A stretch of 64,000 bases of DNA from Spironucleus salmonicida (Eukaryota), in assembly GCF_000497125.1 (NCBI RefSeq), contig NC_090597.1, positions 1,623,797-1,687,796 on the forward strand. Direction: 5' to 3'. Position numbers and translations under genes: made by a program. Positions 1 to 12,395 of the stretch are shown here, one piece after another. The number at the start of each line of letters is the position of its first letter. Positions within the stretch are counted from its first letter, which is position 1. The notes beneath the pieces were generated by a model that was not told the DNA's origin, did no database searches, and was given only the letters and a program-made list of their open reading frames with translations.

Positions 1-516
1 TGTTTTTTCGCTACTCAAAGACGAAAATGATGGTGGTAAAAAATTTAATATATCAATAGTTCTAGGATTAAATTAAGTAAGCGGTAAACTTCTCATCTTA
101 GCTGTTGTGGCTAATTTTTAATGTAAAGTTTTTTATGGGTGATGTTTTGGCTAATATTCATCTAAAACTAATACACCTAAAGATTATAATCGTGAACACA
201 TTTTCTATGGTTAAAATCCAGCCTCAATATGAGTTAATGTTAGATCCGTATTCTAACCTAATGTTATAGTAGAGGCTCCATTTTACATTTTGCCTTACCA
301 TGTTTAATCGAATTAATTTGCATTTTCAGAGTGCAAAATCACTGGAATAGATTACTTCATATCATATGTTCGTGTTCCTCTATTTGGAGATCTTACTGGA
401 GCAGCATTTGGGCACCATGAATTTTTAGTTTCTAACACAAATTTTCTTGAAGGAGAGGCGGCTTGCTATTAGATTATAAGTTGCTTAGCTTCAGATATTT
501 TTATTGATTTTCGCAT
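1..516 (-). CDS. Hypothetical protein (3' end outside the window)
   Basis: ATG at 516 (MRKSIKISEAKQLIIQQQAASPSRKF...). The code-6 frame stays open toward the window edge. Divergent from the B55 gene. Confidence 0.65.
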
Positions 517-626
517 TTTGATAAAATATTTAATTTTAATATAATATAGTATTATAATTGGAAAATTGATAAATAACAAAAATAATGTAAATATGTTATA
601 TTGTATTATATTATATAATTGGATAT

Positions 627-1871
627 ATGCCATTTCAGTAGATGATAGATTTATAGTTTTGCTAATCTTTTGGATAAGAAAAAGATTAAACAGATTAAGA
701 ATAAATTTCTTCATTAAAATTTTCAGATTAATATTTAGCTGTAGGTGATTAAGGCGGTAGAGTAATATTGTTCACATATAAAACTTAACATTAATCTCCC
801 ATTTTAAAAAATGATATTTATTGTCCATCCGCATCCATGGTACCTAAATTTGAATTTTAAGCTCATAATAAAGAATTCGATCCTATAAGATCATGTGAAA
901 TCCGTAGTAAGGTAATTGAAATGGAGTTCGTTCGTGATAATATATTACTCACAGCTAATGAAAAAGAAGTAAAAATGTGGAAATTAGGTCAAAAGTAAGT
1001 ATGGTCTAAGGGAGATAGTGAATTTCCAATAAAATCAGGGGTAAAAGTAACATCAACTTTAAAGAAAACATTTAATAGTATTCAGAATTATCATATTAAT
1101 AGTATTCATGCATAGAACGATATTTTTCTTATCGCTGATGATTTTAGTATAAAGTAATACTCCATTGAGAACATACATGAATCACTCCTCATATGCAATA
1201 TAATTCCTACGAATATGGAATCTATTTTAGAAACGATAAAAGTGGCTTAATTTAATGATTAATCAGATAATATAATTAATTACGGAACTGATTTAGGTAA
1301 TATTCATATTTTGGATAAAAGATAAACATAACAGGGGTCTTCAACTAGTTTTGGAGTGGACAGTTCAGTTTTTGACCTCAAATCTCACAACGATAATCTG
1401 TATATAAGAACACTAAATGATATGTATATATATGATGTGAGAAATACATCATAACCTCTACTAGAACTTCCACTTTTCAGAGCTATTTATACAGGAAAGC
1501 CATAGACAAACTTTAAAATTGCACTCAAAGACGACGTTTTTGCTACTGGATTTTATGGTTAGTGTGTCACTATAGGAAATGCAAATGATGCTTATCAGTT
1601 TAAAGCCACACGTTAACTGAAGCGCAGTAAATCTGACTTCTGTAGTTGTGTAGGAGGGTTTTAGATTCTTAAAGATGGTATTTCTACCACTGATTAAACA
1701 TATAATAATGATTTTATTGGTGTAGCAAGTTGTTTCGATTTCTCAGATGAACTGCTTAGTGTAAGTATTGGTGGAAATCTGTACTTGTATGGTTGGGCTG
1801 ATTAAAAGGATAGTTATACGAGAGATCAAACTGGCAGTAATGAAGAAGGTGTGAAATATATTTCTGAGTGA
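627..1871 (+). CDS. PPP2R2: Protein phosphatase 2A regulatory subunit B55 (WD40), 414 aa
   Basis: ISSLKFSDQYLAVGDQGGRVILF, EFQAHNKEFDPIRSCEI and LLTANEKEVKMWKL match B55/Cdc55 motifs. Ends GAG TGA. Confidence 0.9.
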
Positions 1872-1879
1872 CGAAACCT

Positions 1880-2911
1880 TCACTTTAAATAAAGGTCCAC
1901 AACCTGCTCGTAGCTAATTTTTTCAAAATGCGCAGCGAGTTTTCCACTTTTGATTAGCTATTCTGCGTACATTTATGCTTCATCGATTGTTAGTTTTGGC
2001 TTCTCGCCAACATCTGTAACTATAGCCTTCCTGAGTTTTTAAATATTGTATTCACCAAAATAAGCCTCAATTATCTCCTTTTTACCTTCTTTTTAAAACA
2101 TTTCTAGCCAATCGCAACTAAAAACAGCACAAGCAGCTCCATGACTAAGCCCCTTAAACGTTGTAATGGCATAACTAAGTCCATGGGGGACAGATGTCCC
2201 TGCCTTTGCAATGCTTATTCCAGCATAAATAGCAGCAAGTGCCTTCGAATATAAATCATTTATTTTTAATAATTCTAGAGCCTTCATAGACGTTGCTCGT
2301 ACTTCAGGAGTTGTTTTAATATTCAGTGCTGCTTCAGTAGCATGACAAAATATATCCCAGTGTGTAGATTTGAGTTGGTTTTCTGGAAGAGATGCCTAAA
2401 GAGAAAATGGGACCACACATACGTCAAAGAATGCAAAATTAGGAATAGAAGACTTAATATTATGTTATGTTAAAATTGAATACTATGTAACTTCAGATCC
2501 TGTGCCAGATGCTAGACAGATGCCAGCAAGCTTTATGGGTGCAATTTAAGTCTTTTGACCAAGATTATCAACACCATTTACTGCAAATGCGAGTGCTTTT
2601 GCTGCGTCGAGAACAGATCCACCACCGATTCCAATAATGAAATCAGGCTTAAACGGTGAAGCTTTGGCTGCTGTATGTATTTATTCATGTGTTGGATTTG
2701 GTGTGATAATATCAGAATGATAGAATTCTATATTAAGTTCTTTTAATAGTTTTAATGTTGGCTATAGAGTGTTGGTTTTGACATGAGATGTTTTTCCTGT
2801 CAATACAATACATTTTTATCCTAAAGATGGTAGATGAAGTTTAAGAGGTGTAAGATAGTCATTTTACAGGTATAATAAAGTTGGTATATTGTATTCAGTT
2901 AACGGGATCAT
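1880..2911 (-). CDS. Iron-containing alcohol dehydrogenase (Fe-ADH family), 343 aa
   Basis: PNPT, IIGIGGGSVLDAAKA, ASGTGSEVT, WDIFCHATEA, GTSVPHGLSY and LSHGAACA are Fe-ADH NAD- and metal-binding motifs. Ends AAG TGA. Confidence 0.93.
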
Positions 2912-3095
2912 TTTATAGAAATGGGAAAATATACAAATATAAAATATCAGTGTTTTAATGTATAATTGATATAAAAATATTTTTGTGAATTTGAATAAGG
3001 TTAAAAATATAAATTCATTATATAATAATTAATAATAATTCAAAATAAATACATTTATTAATCATTAATTATTAAAATAGCTTGAACACAATAAA

Positions 3096-3686
3096 TCAAA
3101 AATCAATATCAAAATTAACATCTTATACTTTGATTTTCTTATTTTTTCCTTCTTTAAGTAATTTTTGAAACTCGAAACTGGTGCTTTAACTAATATTCTT
3201 AAGTCCATCCACCGTCTAACTTGAATTAATAGGTTTCTAATTTGCTAGAATTTTTTTCAGTCTTGAAAGCTAAAGCTTTTATAGTTCTGAAGTTTTATGC
3301 TGATAGTGCTTCTAAATAGCTTCATCAAGGTCTAGTTATTATATATTTTGTTGTGTACACAAAATTTCATTATCTAAAGATGATATTTTCTATCTCAGAA
3401 TTTAATTTTATAGAACTGTACTTTATATCTCTTAATTCAGAATTTAAGATGATTTTTGAAATATAATAGGTCTGGATAACAAAGATTCTAACTACTTAAT
3501 TTTTTATTGCAATAGATTAACGTGTTTTGCAATTTGATCTGAAAATAATTATTGCGGAATCTATTAAATTATGGTATGATAAACCTTGCAGCATTAACAT
3601 TAAATAGTAGGTGTGTAAGTCATATCAGTTTGATATTATGTATATAGATTTTCTAAAGTTGATTTTAGTTAAACAAATGATTCCAT
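3096..3686 (-). CDS. Hypothetical coiled-coil protein (~196 aa; start uncertain)
   Basis: Open code-6 frame MESFVQLKSTLENL...NFDIDF*, rich in Q/K/L heptads. The frame is open up to 3833 without another ATG. Confidence 0.6.
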
Positions 3687-3857
3687 AAATTCTTAAACAC
3701 TATTTGATATATAGTATAGTTAGTTTTTTATAAAATTAGAGCACGAGGTTAGATTAACTTTATATTATAATACTACATATTTTTGAAATTAATGCTCAAT
3801 CAATCCAAAATTAAAATATTACTTGATACGACTTCATAAAATCTCAAATAGTATAAT

Positions 3858-6800
3858 ATGGATAAGTAAAGATCATTATAGTTATAATAAGTTTTAAAAA
3901 AGTAATATATTTTAATTTACAAATTTGTATAAGCGTCAGATTTCACTGACGACATAATATACTAATAGGTTGAAGATTATAGAAAAAATTATGAAATTAT
4001 TAAAGTAAATTTAAAAGAAGAGGAACCAATGTAGTCTACATTTATGGATGTGTGTTATTTTCCTATTCCATATGATTATTACATATATTTGATGTTAAAT
4101 AAGTATAGTTATTAGCTTAAGAACGATATTCAAATAAAGTTCTGTTTAGAATAATTATTTGATTACCGAATTAACCACACTATTCGTATACTATTGTTGA
4201 CTCTCATCACAGATACATACAACTAAAATTTTTAATAGTGTATCTTTAGGCTTACATAAAAAGTAGTTGATGGCTTAGAATCTAAATATTTTGATAAGTA
4301 TCAAAGAGAAGTAATACCTTTTATAGATGTTTTCCCTTATCTTTTTGGGTCAGAGACAAATCAAACAGATAATATACTAAGATTAATAGATAATAAATTT
4401 GACGTTATAGACCGCCATGTGTTGAAAAATTCATTTTGTGTATGCTTAGCGTTTGCATTATAAAGAAACTAGCATGATTTAAAGATTTCTAACTTTATAC
4501 AAAAAAAGATAGATAAAATTCACAATTGGTTAGGAAATAAAAAGCATTTCCATACTACATTTATTTTATTAGTTGAACACACAGTTAGATCAAGAGACTA
4601 TATTTGTAACCCAAATTTTTAAAAACTGTTAAATATAATGAAATAAAACCCAATATAAGCAATGCCATATTATGTACGAATATGTCTTTTTTATTGTTTT
4701 AAGGTAGATATTCTTGATTCATCAACATGTTAGTTACCATTATAAGAAAATAAGGATATACTTAATGAATAATGGCTGAATTAGCTTCCTGATATGTTTA
4801 ATCTATTAACAAAAGGAAAAGAACTAATATAGAATATCAGTTCAGCATTATACTAAATTTGTTAATACGAATATAACTTATACTCAGATTAAGATTAAAG
4901 AAATCAAGATTTTCTTAAAAAAGTATATTTTTAAATTTACCCACTTATTGGTTTGTTACCTAGTAAATAGTAAGCTTTATATTTAGAATTTATTAGTTAT
5001 CTTAGGCTATTATTTGAATAAAATATTCCATTTTTTGTTTCGATATTCAGCAGTTTATCCATTAAACCAGATTCGAGGTTTCTATTCGATACAATCTTGT
5101 TCACATTGCCTTAGAACAATAATAAAGCTATTTATTTTTTAGAAGAATTATATATTCTCAATCCTTAACTTTATGCGGCTTCTGTATTTTAAAAATAGTA
5201 TACTGATTACTATGCAGAAATATTTTTATTAAAAAAGTAAGGATAGTATATTATTTCTTTTGATGATCTTGATAATTTTATTTTAGAAAAGGCATTTTCT
5301 TGGATTTCTTCTAAAGACTCACTATCAGAGTTATCGCTAAGATTTTATTCAAAGATGTTAATTGATTTACGTAGGTCTCAGAATTAGTCTAAATTGTTAA
5401 ATTGTGTTGCCTCCTTGCTGAATATGGTAACAAAGAATAAATTTTATCGACATAATTTTGAGTTTGAATATACTCTTATTTTGCTTTATGTTACTGAATT
5501 TACATAAGTAACAGGAAATATATAATTAATGATTTATTAGGTTTGGTAGGGTTATATTGAAAACTGTATAAACTATAATGGATTATTTACCAAACTAGAA
5601 TTCAAAGAGTTTTTTTAATCATCATTAAATGCATCAATTTGTATTTAGAAAACATAGGATAAGCTCTTATTATTATTTTTATAATAATAATTATTAATTG
5701 ATATACAATAGTAAGATTCTATTGAGTTTAATAACATGATTCTTATATTTTCTTATATGAGATAGTTTGTAGATATGCATAGTATAACTGAAATTAGTTA
5801 AAAGACTTATGACATTATGTACTAGTATTATAAATAAATATTCAGTAGCTCAACGTCTCTATAAGGTACTAAAGTATTTATTAACAAATTATCCCCTACA
5901 CTTGATATTCCAAAATAAATGTGTATAGACATTTAATAAGGTATTAAGTTTAAGAAAGAAATGAAAATTCATGTTGAGAAAATTGGATAAATGTAGTTAT
6001 TTTATGAATCAGATATATTTTCAACAATATTACTAGATATTGCGAAGAATTCTAATGTAATTTAATTAACAGATAAAATTTTTATTAGATTATTAGTATT
6101 TTAAATTCTTAGGCAAATTAACATTTTTGATTTATAAGAATAGTTTGTGTCGGCCATAAATGGGGATTTTCAATAAGATTATACACTATTTATCTAAAAA
6201 TTATTAGGATAGTAAAATATTATATTGCTTTTTATTGGATTGTCATTAATTGTTTAAAAAATATCATCTCCAGATTTTACTGAAATATTTTCTATTCTAA
6301 GTCTTCCATTCTTAATCATCTTAACATATATACCAGACTTTTAAAATAAAATTAAAAATCTTTATTAACCTGTTGATTTATCTAAGGTCGATCTAAATTA
6401 GGTATTCTAAAATCTTTTGTATAAAAAATAATTAATCAAAGACTCAAACGTTTGTTAACTAATAATAACATTTATCTGCTAGTAAAGATTTATAGATATG
6501 ATTATGATACAAAAGCAAAAATTAGATAAATCTGATATAATTTCATGCAATTGTTACGTTCTGTCATCTATATTTGCAAATAATACATCAATTTTTGATT
6601 ATATTTCAGACTTAACGCCAGGGGAAATTAAAGGCTATATGGAATGTTAATAAATTGATAATTTTGATCCAGTCTATGTTAAGCATAGACTAATGAAACT
6701 TAATTATGTATTTACCAATAGCTTTTTCCAACAATTTAACCTTCCGTATATTATAGAAAGTTTTTAGCATAATAATTTACTAAATTTTTAGCAAGAATAA

Positions 6801-9800
6801 TTTGAATAATACATTTATCTGATGATTAATTCTATTTAGAGTGTTTAATAGTTTGTAGATATTTTAAAAACAACATCGGCATGTACCTTTAGCTTAGTCA
6901 AGTTAAATCATATTAAACTTTCTTAAAAATAAATCAAGTAAGAAGATTTATAATTTGATATCATATGTAACAGTTTTTAAAAAGAAATGGATAATTAGTA
7001 TTTATAATTAGAAAATTTTATTTATTAAGATAATTAACAAGTTTAAGATGTGTATAGTATTATATTCGATATAATTTTGTATCATATGCAAAATTAAAAA
7101 TTAGAGTTTTTAACATTAAATGATTATGATATATAACTCGATCTAACATAATTATTTTATTATTATGAAATTACTTCACCTTAAATTCTTAAATTTAGCT
7201 ATTAGCAAGTATCATTATTACTAGATTATCTTAATAAAAAGGAGCTGATAGATTTTTATTATCTAGAATAAGTTATGCAAAAGTCTTCATATGCACATAG
7301 AGCAGAATAGTTGTTTTATACTACCTTAAATAAATAATAAATAACATCCTATTTCTCATTATCTGCATTTTTATCATTTATCTTTTTGATATCTTAGAAA
7401 GAGAATTATTCAGTTATTGCTGCGAGTTTGCTTTATGAAATATTTAAAGGTCATTATTTCTAGATGTGGAGATAATATTTAATCACTGCTACGAATATGA
7501 ACCGTGAATCTAGTATTATAAGTTGGATTTAATCTTTTTCTTCCAATATACCAATTCTAGTTCCAGGTATAACTTATTCTATGAATTAGATTATTGGATA
7601 TTCTAACAATAATAGTAATAATAATTACTATCTTTTACCAAATTAAGAAAGAATTTTCATAAATCTTAATGACTCATTTTTTAAATCATTTTATTCATTA
7701 GAATCTAGAGGATCATTTCAAACTATGCCACATAATTATTCAGATAATAGTAAGACATGTTCAGATCATTATGATGCAGGTGCAAAAGATGATAGTCTTA
7801 TAAACTAAGATGCAAATGTAGACAGTTTACGTAATATTTCTCTTTCTGAATTATTTTTAGCTTAACTTTTGGAATTATTAGGTACAACTAACTCAATATA
7901 AATATTCTCCCATTATATTAATTTTGTTGTCAAAGATTCTTTGAACATAGAGAATACTTTAGACAAGCTTATTGAAATTTATTGTAACAACCGCACATTT
8001 TTAGCTTAATATTAGATATAAAATGAGTAATAGCAACTTACGAAATCTGTTAAACGAACAAATGTTAATACTTAGTAAAAGAAAAAATAAGTAGCAAAAT
8101 CATAGTCTTTCTTTGCTAAATCTGAAGAATAATCAGATACGTCATAATCAAAACGACCAATAACTATTAATGTTTAATACTAAAATGAGCTTATTAACAC
8201 ATATTTCGACTATTAGCTTATTGACTAGATAATTATATCATTATCATTTGTGTTAGCAGAACCTATACTTCTTACTTTATTAAAATTTACTTACCATAGA
8301 GATTAAAAACAAACAAAAACGATATTATAAGATATTATTGTATTAAAAGAATAGAAAAGTGAATATTTATATGGTTTTGCTTCTAGAATGTTTATGTCAA
8401 ATGTTATAAAACAATTAATTGATTAGAATAAAATTAAAATAGTTCATGATTCTGTTATATTCACAACATTTGCTGTGCTGTTAACAAAAGGGAGTTACAC
8501 TGAAATTAAGGGGAAAATATTAATTTAAGATGAAGATGACACCACTAACACAAACTCATCTCTGCTTTCATAGTCTTCTCATGCTATATCTTCACATAAA
8601 TCCTCTAACAATACTTCAAAAATAACAACTAACTTAACTAGTTAAAAAGAAAGTAATTCAATAGTACAGTAGGTTAGTGATACAGATGGTGCACAAATTT
8701 AAATATCATTACCATAGTTTCATTTCTTAAGCTTATGTTTCGGCTTACATATCACCTCTTAATCAGAGTTAGCAGAATCACTTTTATCAATCTATGGTAA
8801 GTCTATCCTTCCAGAAATTGCCTTATAGTTTGTTAGGTAAACTGTTTATTTTAGTATTGAATAACAATTTCATGTACCTTGGGTTAACCCGGACAAGTTT
8901 GTTGAAATTTTAGGCAGTGAGTATTCTAAGGCTTATATACTTTATTAGCTTCCCCAAATATTTGCTGCTTAAAGTATAATATCCCTGGAAAATAGGTATT
9001 GTTTGCTTGAAAATATATATGCTATTATTAAACTTATTCCATCTAGGCCAACAGAACTTTAACTTGGATAACTAACAACAGAAATATTGTTCATATATAT
9101 GAATTAAATTTTAATTAACGAATTATCATCTATAGAAATAATACTTAAATCAAATACAATGTTAGATTAGATTATTTTTTCAATTGCACTAATAGCAACT
9201 AGTTGCGAACATACACGCACAATATAGAACCTAATTATTTTATTTAAATTACTAATGCTTTCTGATCACACTTTGAATACTGCCTATTATTTATATGATA
9301 TTTTCTAATAATTTATTAATATTGAACGCTCTAAACCAGTTTGGCTCCAAATATTATAAATTATCTAATCCTAAAATTCATCAACAATTATAAAATTTTG
9401 GAATCACCAATTAAAGCCATTGAAAGCTTATATTAATGCTAGGTAAGATTTTATGTTTGTTACAGCACCTTAATCATTCTAATCTGTATTTGCGAGCTAA
9501 ATGGATACAGTTAAATAATGGGAAGCAAATTTACGTATTAGAAATCGTGAGACAGATAGTTCTCTTTCGTAGCTTAAACCAAACGAAAGGCCTTTACCAA
9601 GTAAAATATATACGGTTTATTTAGAAGAATGTATTAAATCGTCATTAGAAGATATCCGAAAGTATTTAGGAGACAAGTTTGAAACTAGCGCAATGATAAA
9701 ACGTATTTCATAGTGTGGAGAGTCATATAAATAAGGATTTTTACCAATTATAAAGCTTAAATTTAAATTTTCTCAGGCTCAATTGAAGACAATGATAGTA

Positions 9801-10334
9801 GTGCATTTGGTCTCAATGATGGTTTATAGGGTTTAACATAAAACATCATATCTATCATCCGTCTTGCACTCTCTAATTCTCCTCTTTCGAATCTCAGTGT
9901 AGAATAAAACTATTTAACCAGACGATAAATTACATGATGTTCAACGAATTATCAATCTTTTTACATGTTAAGAAGAGCGCGAGGAGCTCTGCCTAGACAA
10001 AAAATATGATTGTAAAACTTTGCTTTCTGATCTGGGAGTGGTACTTAATAAGGAATTTTTTCAGTCACTTATAGATTTAATGGTATTTGAACCATACTAG
10101 ACTGCTGCAGTTTTACTTTTAGTCACATCTGTTAGATCTCTCGGGCCTTAGTTTTAATAGTTTAATTATCTTTTGGCTAATTGCTAGAAGCTCGTTACTC
10201 TGCCACACTGTAAGCAAATTATGAAGAATTTATGTGCTAAATTGTTTATTTCTGGCGATGAGCAAATCATTCAGTTTAGCCGTGGCCCGGCGAAGCAGTT
10301 GGAATAGTTCAAAAATGACTTTTTTGGCGAGTGA
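3858..10334 (+). CDS. Large hypothetical protein (~2158 aa), probably alpha-helical solenoid-like
   Basis: ATG at 3858 and GAG TGA at 10332-10334 are in the same frame (spot-checked internally). Rich in Leu/Ile/Phe/Gln, with no recognised catalytic motif. Confidence 0.7.
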
Positions 10335-10348
10335 AGTTGGACGATTTA

Positions 10349-11542
10349 TCACTTGTCAAGTAAACTGCTAAGCTGGTATTGTAGATCCTAGCAGTGCTGG
10401 AAAACTTCCCCTATTTTCTCGATCCTGGTTCCTGCTTCACTTTTTTAAACACTAATTTTATCTTAAATCAAATCGTATTTCTACTTAATCTAGTCCAGAA
10501 CTTCACCAAGCTTTTCAATAGGTACCGCCCTGATCTGCTGCAAATTTCCAGCGAATTTGAGTTGTATCACATCGCAAATGGAAGCAAGTTTGTCTGTCAA
10601 ATAGGAAAGTGGTAGGGTGTCAATTTTGTGGTGCACCTCGGAAATTCCTTCCTATAGCTAATTAACGATAGGTAGCTAGGTCTGAATCACCTACTTTTGA
10701 GCTTGAATCTGATGATTCATGGAAATTTTCTACAAAATTTGCTCCTTTACAGCGTGTATAATTGCCGGGGCAGTATTTTAACGCTGCAAACGCTCTTTCC
10801 TAATTAGCAAAATGATATGTTCCGCCTGATAAATTTCAGCAAATTTGGCTTCTACCTGATTGAAGTTTTACACGGTAAAATTTGAGGATTACCGGCTACT
10901 TGTTGATTGTAGCTTAATAGAATTTGTTTGAAATTTCTATAGGTTATGAGGTGCAGGTATCGATGCTGAAGCATTGAGTGAATTGATACTTTTCGGCGTT
11001 CCCTAAACCGATAGATCTGGAGTAGTTGGGTGAGATGGTATCGCTAATTTAAGGGTTTTTTAACCTATTGGTGATTTTTTGCGCTTCACCGATGATTTTT
11101 AGGGAGAGGTTTCAACCTGCATAGTTCTGATTGGCAACTTTGGATCATCATAAATACCATACACCTTCTTACGAATTAGTTAATCAATTTCATGCACGGG
11201 CGAGTAAATAGATTCACCATAAAATCCTTATCTTGGCTCGTGTAGGACATTATTATCTGGGGAAATTGTGGTATCTGTAAATCTAGATAAATAATTAAGA
11301 TCCTACTCAGGAAAATCGCTATTTTATGGCACATATGGCTGTGGTGGTGGAGGTTCTGTTCTTAAAAAATCAATACTAATATCTTCTAAAGGAAGGCATT
11401 ATGGAGAAGACTGGATTTACTGCTATCCTTTTGATTGGGGCTTTAGAATAAATTTTTAATTTGTTTCTAGCGGTTACTAGAATGAAGGTCTAGAATTATT
11501 TACTCTTAATGATTTTTAATTAGATGATAATGCAAAAGACAT
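10349..11542 (-). CDS. Hypothetical protein, Pro/Ser-rich N-half and coiled-coil C-half, 397 aa
   Basis: Continuous code-6 ORF MSFALSSNQK...LSSLLDK*. Ends AAG TGA. Confidence 0.8.
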
Positions 11543-11636
11543 TTTATAAAAATTTATAATATTTTATATATTAAAATAAATAAAATACTTATTCTAATAA
11601 TAAAAAGGTAATAAGAATATGAAATTAAAGTACAGG

Positions 11637-11984
11637 TCATTATAGTTCAGCTACTTATTTGCAATCTATTTATATTTGCTACTTAAGTTCATCAATATTA
11701 GAGAATTATTAATTATCTCTCAATTTTTTAACTATGACCAATTTAAGTTCTTCTCCATAGAAATCACCATCAAATTTATGAAGAATATGGGCCTCTACAG
11801 TTTTATGCTCACGTTAGAAGGTTTTCGAAATTCCAGAAAAGATAACTGCATTATAAACTACACCACGTAATATAGCAGTTCCTGCATAAACTCCATCATC
11901 TAAAGCACCTAGTACATTTGCTGTAGGATATCCTATCTGACGCCCAACTTTGAAACCATGTTATACTAAAGATGAAAACTCCAT
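11637..11984 (-). CDS. RFK: Riboflavin kinase (monofunctional flavokinase), ~115 aa
   Basis: HGFKVGRQIGYPTAN, GVYAG, VEAHILHKFDGDFYGEEL and FSNIDELKQQIQIDC. Alternative in-frame ATGs lie at 11996 and 12044. Confidence 0.92.
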
Positions 11985-12395
11985 TTTATCATACATAGAT
12001 ATTATTTATTAATATTAATATAGAATTTGTAATGTTGAATTCATGATTACACAAACATATTATATTTAATTGATATTATAATATATAAATTACGCCTTAC
12101 TGTAAATCGTATATTTTATAACAATAGTAGAATTTAAATAATAAATAATAAGCGAAATAGGCGTCAACAAATTTTCTACATTATGATATGATATGTAAAG
12201 AGATAATTACATAAATATATAAGATAAATTAAAATATAAGTATTTAATCACTTCATGTATTGGTCAATATAAATTAAACTAATAGAGAAAAGTCAAAATG
12301 TTCCAGATATTAAGCGCATCATTAATAAACTTAGGTCTGAGTGAATATAAGTGAATTATTACTGAATACAAAAATTTAAATATAATCAGATTAAA

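Noticed and set aside
3687-3837. Intron or frameshift linking ATG 3837 to the 3096-3686 ORF
   Set aside because: ATG 3837 is out of frame and no clear GTATGT or branch-point/AG signals were found, so it cannot be supported.
12092-12165. ACGCCT...AGGCGT inverted repeat as an ncRNA stem
   Set aside because: It is only 6 bp, with an AT-only interior and no box motifs, so it is compatible with chance.
12183-12191. In-frame TGA as selenocysteine extending the micro-ORF
   Set aside because: There is no redox motif context, no recognisable SECIS and no homology.
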